A stretch of 62,957 bases of DNA, the filler included, from Octopus bimaculoides (taxonomy: Eukaryota): the NCBI RefSeq assembly GCF_001194135.2. It is 6 parts of 6 records of this genome, joined end to end, with 100 filler letters (N's around TTAATTAATTAA, not from the genome) between each part and the next. Parts side by side here need not be neighbours in the genome. Positions count along the whole stretch, not along the records: positions 47,984 to 56,827 come from NC_068996.1; positions 56,928 to 60,652 come from NW_026353635.1; positions 60,753 to 62,957 come from NW_026313058.1; 3 more parts are not named here. One strand, given 5' to 3'. The notes under the pieces were generated by a model. It did no database searches. It saw only the letters and a list, made by a program, of their open reading frames with translations, and had not been told where the DNA came from. This document shows positions 50,867 through 62,957 of this stretch, one piece after another. Position numbers and translations under genes: made by a program. The number at the start of each line of letters is the position of its first letter. Position 1 is the first letter of the stretch.

Positions 50867-53029
50867 NNNNNNNNNNNNNNNNNNNNNNNNNNNNNNNNNN
50901 NNNNNNNNNNNNNNNNNNNNNNNNNNNNNNNNNNNNNNNNNNNNNNNNNNNNNNNNNNNNNNNNNNNNNNNNNNNNNNNNNNNNNNNNNNNNNNNNNNNN
51001 NNNNNNNNNNNNNNNNNNNNNNNNNNNNNNNNNNNNNNNNNNNNNNNNNNNNNNNNNNNNNNNNNNNNNNNNNNNNNNNNNNNNNNNNNNNNNNNNNNNN
51101 NNNNNNNNNNNNNNNNNNNNNNNNNNNNNNNNNNNNNNNNNNNNNNNNNNNNNNNNNNNNNNNNNNNNNNNNNNNNNNNNNNNNNNNNNNNNNNNNNNNN
51201 NNNNNNNNNNNNNNNNNNNNNNNNNNNNNNNNNNNNNNNNNNNNNNNNNNNNNNNNNNNNNNNNNNNNNNNNNNNNNNNNNNNNNNNNNNNNNNNNNNNN
51301 NNNNNNNNNNNNNNNNNNNNNNNNNNNNNNNNNNNNNNNNNNNNNNNNNNNNNNNNNNNNNNNNNNNNNNNNNNNNNNNNNNNNNNNNNNNNNNNNNNNN
51401 NNNNNNNNNNNNNNNNNNNNNNNNNNNNNNNNNNNNNNNNNNNNNNNNNNNNNNNNNNNNNNNNNNNNNNNNNNNNNNNNNNNNNNNNNNNNNNNNNNNN
51501 NNNNNNNNNNNNNNNNNNNNNNNNNNNNNNNNNNNNNNNNNNNNNNNNNNNNNNNNNNNNNNNNNNNNNNNNNNNNNNNNNNNNNNNNNNNNNNNNNNNN
51601 NNNNNNNNNNNNNNNNNNNNNNNNNNNNNNNNNNNNNNNNNNNNNNNNNNNNNNNNNNNNNNNNNNNNNNNNNNNNNNNNNNNNNNNNNNNNNNNNNNNN
51701 NNNNNNNNNNNNNNNNNNNNNNNNNNNNNNNNNNNNNNNNNNNNNNNNNNNNNNNNNNNNNNCGTCCAAAATTGTTTCCGTAGAGACAGAACCACATATG
51801 ACTTATTCCACTGCACTCTTCCTTTGAGAAAATTAGTAAATGCAATGTCGTTGCCTTCAGCATCAGCAAACCTTTTAGACTGTGTCTTGTTCTGCAAATT
51901 TTCCTATAAGCTCTATAAGCTCTATCCGTCTCTCTTGTATCGGTAGCTTCCTGTCTGGTCACACTATTGCTGGATGTGTTCATGGATCCTCTTTTCCGTC
52001 AACGTTCTATTCACACCGACGTGACTGACCCAGAGTTCATTTCTTATTTCTTTATTGCCCACGAAGGGCTAAACACAGAGGAGACAAACAAGGACAGACA
52101 AAGGGATTAAGTCGATTACATCTACCCCAGTGCGTAACTGGTACTTTATTTATCGACCCCGAAAGGATGAAAGACAAAGTCGACCTCGGCGGAATTTGAA
52201 CTCAAAACATAGCGGCAGACGAAATACCGCTAAACATTTCGCCCGGCGTGCTAACGTTTCTGCCAGCTCACCGCCAAAGTTCATTTCTGTTATCCGCTGT
52301 CTTCTTTTTAACACATGTTCCCGCATCCAGAAACACCCGCTCTTACATGCTAACACTCTTTATTTGTCGCTAACTCCCTCCAACCTTGCATCATCTACTT
52401 GCAACCTGACACCATACAGCAAAAAACAAAAAGAGAAAAAACAAAAAAATCCGTAGTGATCCCCATGAACCACGAGAAAGCTCGAATGTAATCTTCAATG
52501 GTTGGTTCCCTGCTAGTCAGGTCTCCTTTAACAATCATCAAAACCCAAACGTTATTCCCACCAAGAAACCATCATCGCACTGAACTTGACCCTTAATCAT
52601 GGGCAGCATGCAATTAGGGACCCCATAATCACTGCAAATATTCATTCTTTTATATATATTTTTTCATTCTTCCATATACTTCAGCCATGAGGAACTCTTC
52701 TAGCGAAAGTGAGTTCTTAACACACGTAGGAACACATCCCAACCAATGTTTCTTCTCTTTAAGGGCCAGAAAATACCTTTTTACCTTTTACTTTTTACTT
52801 GTTTCAAGTCATTAGACTACGGCTATGCTGGGGCACCGCCTTCAAGAATTTTTAGTCGAACAGATCGAACCTAGTGCTTATTTTGTTGTTAAGCCTGGCA
52901 CTTATTCTATCACTCCTTTATGCCGAATGCCAAGTTACGGAGACGTAAACAAACCAGCACTGGTCGTTAAGCAGTGGTGGGTAACCAAACACGGACATAA
53001 AGACACACATTCATATATAAAGAGACTGA

Positions 53030-53335
53030 ACTGTTGACAGTTAAGTGTGTTGGTCATGAACAGAGTACAGTGAACTATTATATCACACTGTGGTACCTAC
53101 TTACAGCTAAGTAGAGTGGACTGTTGACAGGTGTGTTGGTCTTGGACAGACTACAGTGAAGTATACCACACTGTGGTACCTACTTACAACTAGGTAGACT
53201 GGAATTGTTGACAGTTATGTGTGTTGGTCATGGACAGAGTACAGTGAACTATTATACCACACTGTGGTATATACTTACAGCTAGGTAGACTGGGCTGTTG
53301 GCAGTTAAGTGTGTTGGTCATGGATGGAGTCCATA
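53030..53335. repeat. Minisatellite, ~85-92 bp unit x ~3.5
   Basis: The unit ctgttgacagttaagtgtgttggtcatggacagagtacagtgaactattataccacactgtggtacctacttacagctaggtagactgg recurs from about 53030, 53120, 53203 and 53294. Confidence 0.9.
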
Positions 53336-53551
53336 CAGCGAATTATATATACTACATTGCATTGTCTCTGAAATTAGCGCGTACTACTAAAATCCCCCTA
53401 ATATCAAAAACGTCTGCTGAAAGATTATCGATGTGAATTCATTGAAAATGTCTCTGAGTTTGTCAGTGATTTCTTGGAAAATAGCAATAACAGGAACAAC
53501 ATCATCATCATAGTCATCATCATCGTCATCATCATCATCATCATCATCATC

Positions 53552-53620
<69 letters not shown>

Positions 53621-54556
53621 AATAATGATAACAAGAGCAAAACTGCAATGACAGCAACAACAACAACAACAAAAACAACCCCCAACAATAACCACAACAA
53701 CAGCGGTAGCAGCAACAACTGTAACATCATCATCATCATCGTCAACATCAACATCATCGTCATCGTCGTCATCATCATCAACAACAACGGCAACCAACCA
53801 AGCCATCATATTTCACAATAATAATATACAGTGACATATATGTTATCTTACAACTCCCACCTACAAGACAGTTTTCTTCAGTTTGATCTTTTGATCTCTT
53901 CTTAATTCTCCAAGACATGCGGATGGAATCGTCACCCCTGTCACTCTTGTGAGGGTGGTACAACTTTGTAGTTATGCCGTATCAGCTAAACGCTCAGAAA
54001 AAATGGAAAAGTCTTTGACGTTTCGAGCCTACGCTCTTAAATAGAAAGCAGTGAATAAAGAAAACGGAGAGAATGGTTTCACATGTCGAGAGGATATATA
54101 TATATATTTACTCTTTTTTTTACTCTTTTACTTGTTTCAGTCTTTTGACTGTGGCCATGCTGGAGCACCGCCTTTAGTCGAGCAAATCGACCCCAGGACT
54201 TATTCTTTAGAAGCTTAGTACTTATTCTATCGGTCTCTTTTGCCGAACTGCTAAGTTACGGGGACATAAACACACAAGCATCGGTTGTCAAGCGATGTTG
54301 GGGGGACAAACACAGACACACAAACACATACACACATACATATATATATATATACATATATACGACGGGCTTCTTTCAGTTTCCGTCTACCAAATCCACT
54401 CACAAGGCTTTGGTCGGCTCGAGGCTATAGTAGAAGANNNNNNNNNNNNNNNNNNNNNNNNNNNNNNNNNNNNNNNNNNNNNNNNNNNNNNNNNNNNNNN
54501 NNNNNNNNNNNNNNNNNNNNNNNNNNNNNNNNNNNNNNNNNNNNNNNNNNNNNNNN

Positions 54557-54589
<33 letters not shown>

Positions 54590-54730
54590 GTGTATATATA
54601 TAAACATACATATGTATATATATGTGTGTGTGAGTATGTGTGTATGTATATATGTGTGTGTGTGCGTGTGTGTGTGTGTATGCGTGTTAGTATCCCTAAT
54701 ATCGCTTGACAACCGTAACTTAGAGGTTCG

Positions 54731-54767
<37 letters not shown>

Positions 54768-54768
54768 G

Positions 54769-54809
<41 letters not shown>

Positions 54810-54937
54810 CACACACACATATATACACATTCGCACCTTTTTAGTATTAAATGAGAATTTTTCTCCACGGTAACTACAATGAATTTGCCTTTTAGCAGTT
54901 GAAACATGTCGCAAACATATTTTAACTAACCTTAAGT

Positions 54938-55039
<102 letters not shown>

Positions 55040-55405
55040 CAAGGTTTGCTGCAAACCAAGATCTCATATCTTGCTTCTGTATAATGTATCGAAAGACGGC
55101 TCTTTCTTTTTGTTCTGTTCACCGTAACGACTCCTGTCCCACTCTTCATTGGGTAATAATTAATATGAATATTCATGAGTTGAAATTGCTTAGTCAATGT
55201 TAATATACCATGTCTTAATGTTAATATATCATGTGGAGAAAGCAAGCGTTTATCAACGAATTTATATAGATGCGTGTGCGCTTATGACTATAATTATGCG
55301 TGTGTATAATTATGTATAATTATGTTTGTACGTGTGTGTGTACGTGTCTACACGTATATATATATATATCAATAGAAAGATGATTGGATATAATGTATCT
55401 ATGTG

Positions 55406-55444
<39 letters not shown>

Positions 55445-55446
55445 AC

Positions 55447-55498
<52 letters not shown>

Positions 55499-57519
55499 NN
55501 NNNNNNNNNNNNNNNNNNNNNNNNNNNNNNNNNNNNNNNNNNNNNNNNNNNNNNNNNNNNNNNNNNNNNNNNNNNNNNNNNNNNNNNNNNNNNNNNNNNN
55601 NNNNNNNNNNNNNNNNNNNNNNNNNNNNNNNNNNNNNNNNNNNNNNNNNNNNNNNNNNNNNNNNNNNNNNNNNNNNNNNNNNNNNNNNNNNNNNNNNNNN
55701 NNNNNNNNNNNNNNNNNNNNNNNNNNNNNNNNNNNNNNNNNNNNNNNNNNNNNNNNNNNNNNNNNNNNNNNNNNNNNNNNNNNNNNNNNNNNNNNNNNNN
55801 NNNNNNNNNNNNNNNNNNNNNNNNNNNNNNNNNNNNNNNNNNNNNNNNNNNNNNNNNNNNNNNNNNNNNNNNNNNNNNNNNNNNNNNNNNNNNNNNNNNN
55901 NNNNNNNNNNNNNNNNNNNNNNNNNNNNNNNNNNNNNNNNNNNNNNNNNNNNNNNNNNNNNNNNNNNNNNNNNNNNNNNNNNNNNNNNNNNNNNNNNNNN
56001 NNNNNNNNNNNNNNNNNNNNNNNNNNNNNNNNNNNNNNNNNNNNNNNNNNNNNNNNNNNNNNNNNNNNNNNNNNNNNNNNNNNNNNNNNNNNNNNNNNNN
56101 NNNNNNNNNNNNNNNNNNNNNNNNNNNNNNNNNNNNNNNNNNNNNNNNNNNNNNNNNNNNNNNNNTAACAGGTGTTAGGTATTTTTGGGGTCAAACTCTG
56201 TGATGTTACAACAGGGAGAGAGAGGAGGGAGGAAGAGAGATGAAAATGGGGAAGGAGAATGTTGAGAGAAAAGAGAGGGGGAGAGAGAGAGAGAAGAAAG
56301 AGATGAAGAGGAGGAAAGACAGAGGGAGAGAGGGAGAGTCAGGTGACCTTCTCGTTTTTTGTTCAGAACATAGGGCGCGGTGATCTACGTACCTTTATCT
56401 ATCATAGTCAACCACACACACACACACATGCACACGCTAACACACACGCATAAACATATACGCATTCAAGCACTTCCATTCATACGCACAGGCCTACAGA
56501 ACACATACATACATACATACACACACGTACACGTGCACTTATGCACGTATGCATGCACACAAAATTCTGTTATGAAAAACCATAGTTGTTGATTTTGAAC
56601 TTTTTGTTCATAATGCTGTCATCACGTGCACGTATACATTATACACAAAATTTCTTTCTCCATACATACCCGCATACATACATACATACAAACATACATA
56701 CATACATACATACGTACATACATACATACATAAATACGTACATACATACATATATACATACATACATACATGCATGCATGTATGCATATATGCATGTATG
56801 TATGTGTGTATGTATGTATGTATGTATNNNNNNNNNNNNNNNNNNNNNNNNNNNNNNNNNNNNNNNNNNNNTTAATTAATTAANNNNNNNNNNNNNNNNN
56901 NNNNNNNNNNNNNNNNNNNNNNNNNNNGTAGCGTCGGAAAATATAAAGTTACGAAAACTACTTACAAATTGGAGACGTTCAGTAAAGTAAAAACAATTAG
57001 TAAATTAGTATATGCATATATACGTACAGGTATGTGCATACCGACATCCACCTGCATGTAAAGGTGCATATCTGGTTACAGGACATTGCAAACAAAACGT
57101 AGACGAGAAAACACACAAGCCACATAGAGAACATTCTACTTCATCAGCTACCCCCGTTTTAACACCGGCGTTTCGAAGAGCTGGGCAGGACGCATCGTTA
57201 AAACGGCTCTTCCCATGGACTGCAAATTAAATTTGTATACGCAAATTAAATCTTGCCGTGGAGGAATGTTTTTTATTAAAATATTTGAAGCTTTAATCGG
57301 TATCACAGCTTACACTGATTTTCAAAGCGTTCAAAGAGAATCACGTGGCTTATGTCGCAGCTGTCTTGCTTTTGACTAGTGTTTGAAGTTTGCTCTGTTT
57401 TATAGGGAGTTCAAGGCTCAAATTAGTATGTTTTGAGTAGCATTTGATTGGTAGAGGTTGGTTGATCATACAAATTTTTATCGGTTTCCTGCTTGCAAAT
57501 TTAACTGAGAAAATTCCGA

Positions 57520-58400
57520 CACAATTGAAAAGAGTTTCGTCACAGACGGATTAAAGTTTATCCTCGAAAACGACTTATTTGACTTCGATGGCAATATTTA
57601 CAAACAAATATCTGGGACTGCGATGGCGACAAAAGTTGCCCCGACGTTCGACAATCTAGTCATGAATTACATGGACGTCTAGATACATGAACAATCTACA
57701 TTAATATATTGCTTGAAGTTCCACAAATATTTACTAGAAAACTGGAAACGTTACTTAGATGACTGCCTAATACTATGAACGTACACATTGGAACAACTTA
57801 CAGATTTCAGAAATTTTATCAACAACGTAAACAGTAATATCAACTTTACCGTGGAATACAGTAAAACTCAACAATTGTACCTGGATATGCTAATCATCCA
57901 AAGAGATAAAATCATTCAAACAGATATTCAAGGCAAACAAACAGATTCTAAACAATACTTACTAATCCCCTCGGGCCATTCCATACACGAAGAATAATAG
58001 CCCCTTCAATCTAGCAAAGAGAATCAGCACAAATGTCTCAAACCCCGAAACTCACAATAAAAGAATCTAGGAACAAAACAAGTACTACTAAAAAGAAAAT
58101 ATTTATTAATGCTAATAGACAACAGAATAGAACGTGCCAAAGCAATAAATATCGAAGAACTACGAAATACGCTCCAGATACATTCAACAATCGACCCTTT
58201 ATTACAACACACGACCCAAGAAACACAGAGTTTTATAATATCATCCACCAGAACATTCCACTACTAAAACAAGACCCCAAAATGAAACAAACATTCGAAA
58301 TACACGAAATTGTCAAAAGTAAAACAATCGAAGTCCCTCAAAACATTCGTCACAAGTGCTAAATTAACTCCCACAATTCCTACACCAACAGTTAGAAAAT
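57520..58400 (+). mobile_element. Decayed Penelope-like element reverse transcriptase
   Basis: FILENDLFDFDGNIYKQISGTAMATKVAPTFDNLVM...WKRYLDDCLIL...NINFTVE...YLDMLI...KQTDSKQYL...PFNLAKRI. Confidence 0.85.
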
Positions 58401-58935
58401 GTGACCGCCACAATTATGACGCCAAAGATTGTCACTTAATACTAACACACGGACGTAGCGGGGAACCTACAAAAATGTTAAAGACCTGTCAGGTAACTAT
58501 CTTCTCCCAATCAAATCCTTTTCAAAACATAATAATTTGAGCCATGAAGTTCCTATAAAACAAGACAGCAAAACAGCTCCATCTTTCTATTTGAATTTTT
58601 CGAAAGTCATTGCAAACTATATATTAGCTGTGTAATAAGTAGCTTGCTAACCAACCACAGGGTTCCGGGTTCAGTCTCACAGTGTGGTACGTTGGGCAAT
58701 TGCCTTCATCTACAGCCTCGGACCATGAGGGATTTGGTAGACGAAAACTGAAAGAAGCCTGTCGTATATATACATGTATATAAATGCGTGTATGTGTGTT
58801 TTGTCCTCCCAACATGATTTGACAACCGATGCTGGTGTGTTTACGTCTCCGTAACTTAGCGGTTCGGCTAAACAGACTTATAAAATAAGTACTTGGCTTA
58901 CAAAGGCGATGACTGAAACAAATGAAAGAATAAAG

Positions 58936-58998
<63 letters not shown>

Positions 58999-59059
58999 CT
59001 TTTATTTTTTACTTATTTTAGTCATTAGACTGTGGTCATGGTGGTACATCATCTCGAGC

Positions 59060-59630
59060 AATTGAATAGTTTGGTCATGAATGATTTGGTGGATAGTGAA
59101 ACCTCATTTCGACCAAAGTATTTATTTTCGACGAAGCTTTTTCGACCAAACTATTGATTTTCGATGAAACTTCATTTCCGACGAAATATTTCGTCCAAAC
59201 TATTTAGCGGAATACTTTGGTCGAAATGTTTCGTCGAAAATCAAGTTTGGTCGGAATGTTTCGTCGGAAATTAAATTTCGTCGAAAATCAATAGTTTGGT
59301 CTGGAAAGTTTAGTCGAAAATAAAAAAATTGAATGGTTTCGTCGAAAACGTTTGGGCAGTGAAAGGTTTGGTCGAAAGTGAATGGTTTCGGAAATGAATG
59401 ATTTGGTCGGAAGTGAATGCTTTGGTTGAAATTGAATAGTTTGGTCATGAATGTTTAGGTGGATACTGGATGGTTTGGTGGATAGCAAATGGTTTGGTCA
59501 AAAGTGAATCGTTTGGTCGAAAATGAATGGTTTGGTCGAAAGTGAATGGTTCGGTCGGAAGTGAATAGTTTGGTCGAAAATGAATGGTTTGGTCGAAGTG
59601 AATGGTTGGGTCAGAAGCTTGCCGAAACTG
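59060..59630. repeat. Array of a TTTGGTCGAAA-core ~20-bp repeat with an internal orientation switch
   Basis: ttcgaccaaa-type units at 59105-59200, then tttggtcgaaa-type units at 59215-59625. Confidence 0.85.
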
Positions 59631-60160
59631 AGTAAGACTAATTGAAAGAGATCTTTGAGTTAAGTTGAATTTCCCGGCCTATCAGAGTATAGAATTTTTT
59701 AAAAATATGTTTGAGTGAGTTGGCGAAATCGATAGCACATCAAACAAAATATTTAGTGGAATTTTTTCATGGTCTTTACGTTCTGAGTTTCCAATCCTGC
59801 CGAAATCATCTTGCCCTCTCGTATCTTCGAGATAGATCAAATAATCCCCGCTGCTCCTCAAAAAATTGCCGGCCTTGCACCCTGCAACAGAATAGCATCC
59901 GTTTCAGGGGAGATGTGATCTAGCTCACTTATAATCTATGGAAATCGAGTAATCACCCTCATGACTCCTGAGCCCACCCCACCAAATTTTCAATGTGTGT
60001 GTGTGTATATGATTCTTTTGATTCCTGAAGTCAATAAACGTCTCTGCAGAGTAATTTCTCGGTTAATTAGTATTTTAGGATGGGATACAGAAAACTACCC
60101 CATCCTGGTTCAAGGTTCAATGTTTAAGACAAGAAGTAGTCAAAGGAAGTAAGCCTAGGC

Positions 60161-60414
60161 AGGAGGGTTTTAAATTGCAGAGGTCTTTTCGTGATGTGTA
60201 TCGACTTAAGGAATCATATTTAAGTATTTATACAGAATTTTAGGGAATGACCAACCTTTCTATCCTTCATTTTCTGTCTTGTACTTTGTGTATAAGACAG
60301 AAGATGAAGGATCGAAGGGTTGGTCATTCCCCTAAAATTCTGTATAAATACTTAAATATGATTCCTTAAGTCAACAAACATCTTTAAAAGACCTCTGTAT
60401 TTTCAAACTCTCCT
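60161..60414. repeat. ~254-bp fold-back palindrome (MITE-like hairpin)
   Basis: Arms at 60161-60280 and 60294-60414. The core of about 78 bp has 3 mismatches and 1 indel. Loop about 5-13 nt. Confidence 0.9.
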
Positions 60415-60422
60415 TATGTTTG

Positions 60423-60486
<64 letters not shown>

Positions 60487-61059
60487 CCGATGTGTATATG
60501 TTTATTTTTGTATGGTTATGTTTGTTTGTGTGTATATATGTGTATATATATATATGTATTTGTATGTATGTGAATCTGTGGTTGAGTATGTGTATATGGG
60601 TATATGTATATGAGTATACGAGTGTAGGTATGTTTGTGTGTATGTGTATGTANNNNNNNNNNNNNNNNNNNNNNNNNNNNNNNNNNNNNNNNNNNNTTAA
60701 TTAATTAANNNNNNNNNNNNNNNNNNNNNNNNNNNNNNNNNNNNNNNNNNNNAAGGTGCAGAAATGGCGTAACCTGAATGAATAAGATGATATACATCGA
60801 TGGTAGAAAGGATTCTGCGAATTAGCCAGTCGGAATGACATGGAGTCGTGTGATAGGGGTCAGTGTATGGTAAACAAAATTTTACATGTGTTAAGAATTT
60901 ACGTTACCCCTTTTTATTGGCTGAAACAATTCATCTTAAGGCGAATTTTCCTGCGGCAAACTTTCCNNNNNNNNNNTTTACGTTACCCCTTTTTATTGGC
61001 TGAAACAATTCATCTTAAGGCGAATTTTCCTGCGGCAAACTTTCCTAGAACCTTTACAT

Positions 61060-62957
61060 GCACAATCTTAGGACGATACCTCTTGCCTAATCAAATCTAC
61101 TATGTCACGTCGGACAGTTGATTCAACACATTATAGGGTCCTTCCCATCAACTCTGCAGCTTTGTCAACCGTACCGTCTTCCGCTGGGAATTATAAAACT
61201 ACGCTTCATCTCCCTCCTTAAAGTTGATCTCGCAAACGCTGGCACCATACCGACGTTTCATCACTCCACCAGTGAAAATTTCAACGCTTCCCTAACTTGC
61301 TGGTGTATCTTTGGCAGTCTCTCTTGCAGATGATTCAAATAGCTGGAGATTTTCCTTGGCAGTTCATCATCTGGTTGTCTTTCCATCAACAGATCAACCA
61401 GGAGTCTCACCTCGTGGATCAGCATCAGCTTCGCAGGTGAATAGCCAGTAGATTCACGCGTTGCCGAATGCTATGCCATCAACAAAGTTCTTGGCTAGTT
61501 CTTGTCCTTCTCCACCATCCCATCCGACTATGGTCTCAACGGGATTGTCCTCGTCTTCTTAATCCCCAACAACTTACAACACTCCTGAAACACAGCTAAT
61601 TCGAAGTCTCTACCCTGGTCGGAATGTAGCTCATGAGATATCACAAATCGGCACAACTGGTCCACCAACACTTGTGCAACAGACGTGGCTTCTTAGTCAG
61701 GGATGGCATAGGCTTCTGGCCACTTTGTAAAGTACTCCGTGACCACACACATGTACCGACTTCCTCTTTCAGCGAATGGCAACAGTCCAGCTATATCCAC
61801 ATCTACACTTTCCATAGGTGCACCCACTTGGTACAGCTGAAGAGGGGCACACCTCCGCTTATTGAGTCCCTTCTTGCGCAGCATACATCACAGGAACGAC
61901 GTCATTCTTCAACGTCTTGACGCATGCCCGTCCAATAAAATCTCTGCCGCAGCCGATTCACAGTCTTCTTTAACCCCAAATGTCCACTCGTAATCAGATC
62001 ATGAATTTCTTCGAACAGCTCAGGTCTCACCCTCTCAGATGTCACAGATCGNNNNNNNNNNNNNNNNNNNNNNNNNNNNNNNNNNNNNNNNNNNNNNNNN
62101 NNNNNNNNNNNNNNNNNNNNNNNNNNNNNNNNNNNNNNNNNNNNNNNNNNNNNNNNNNNNNNNNNNNNNNNNNNNNNNNNNNNNNNNNNNNNNNNNNNNN
62201 NNNNNNNNNNNNNNNNNNNNNNNNNNNNNNNNNNNNNNNNNNNNNNNNNNNNNNNNNNNNNNNNNNNNNNNNNNNNNNNNNNNNNNNNNNNNNNNNNNNN
62301 NNNNNNNNNNNNNNNNNNNNNNNNNNNNNNNNNNNNNNNNNNNNNNNNNNNNNNNNNNNNNNNNNNNNNNNNNNNNNNNNNNNNNNNNNNNNNNNNNNNN
62401 NNNNNNNNNNNNNNNNNNNNNNNNNNNNNNNNNNNNNNNNNNNNNNNNNNNNNNNNNNNNNNNNNNNNNNNNNNNNNNNNNNNNNNNNNNNNNNNNNNNN
62501 NNNNNNNNNNNNNNNNNNNNNNNNNNNNNNCGTATGGTACTGTACATCATAGTTGTGCTGATCCAGCTTCCCTAGCCAGCGTGCCATTTGTCCCTCCAGA
62601 TTCTTCAGTGTCTTCAACCACTTGGGTGCTGCATTGTCCGTTCTGAGAGTAAAGTTAGACCCGTACAGTTACGGATGGAAAAAGTCAATGCTCTTCATCA
62701 CAGTAGTTCCGCTTTGGGGGACCGAGCTTCTTTCTGTAGTACGCCACCATATATTCCTTGTCGTCCTTCTTTTGATACAATAATTCGCTTATACCGTGAT
62801 CACTGGCGTCACAGTCCAGGATGAATGGCTTTGCTCTGGTCTCGGTATACTTACACAGGGGAACTCACTAGCGAATATTTGAATTCGTCAAAAGTTTTCT
62901 TGGCCAATGCAGTCCATCCAAGCTTCTGGCTCTTTCCCAACAGCTTGTTCAAAGGTG
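61060..62957 (-). mobile_element. Decayed Ty3/Gypsy LTR retrotransposon pol (RNase H, integrase)
   Basis: PFILDCDASDHGI, KNLEGQMARWL, GHFGVKKT...RFYWTGMRQDV...CDVC, VDIAGLLP...YFTKWPEAYAIPD, LHSDQGRDFE, SDGMVE. RNase H lies upstream of integrase. Many stops. Confidence 0.92.

Noticed and set aside
53030-53335. CRISPR-like appearance of the palindrome-containing repeat
   Set aside because: Whole units are repeated with no unique spacers, there are no cas genes, and the context is eukaryotic.
60899-61046. Exact ~68-bp direct repeat flanking a short N gap
   Set aside because: Identical contig ends on both sides of a minimal gap indicate an unmerged overlap artefact.

Overview
AT-rich, microsatellite-dense eukaryotic genomic DNA with many N gaps. 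The repeat families (two tRNA-derived SINEs, RTE, R4/Dong, CR1, Penelope, mariner, Helitron, Gypsy) look like a cephalopod, probably Octopus, draft assembly; this is recognition from memory, not a database result. Almost all ORFs in the supplied track are microsatellite or N-run artefacts, or decayed transposon fragments. One host gene is well supported. Four phase-consistent + strand exons (634-860, 1895-1994, 11989-12052, 14843-15155) splice into the C-terminal ~233 aa of an unrecognised type I membrane receptor with one transmembrane helix and a six-tyrosine signalling tail. The most unusual non-coding items are: a tRNA-headed SINE carrying a minimal hammerhead-ribozyme tail with an inverted copy of that tail upstream (16232-16620); a second hammerhead-like family with a variant core; several long fold-back structures, some inside the receptor's introns; a telomeric-repeat palindrome inside a DNA element nested in a SINE; and a cluster of R4/Dong LINE fragments embedded in (TAA)n/(AAC)n repeats. 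No CRISPR array, rRNA or true tRNA gene was seen. Repeat coordinates are approximate and were read by eye.
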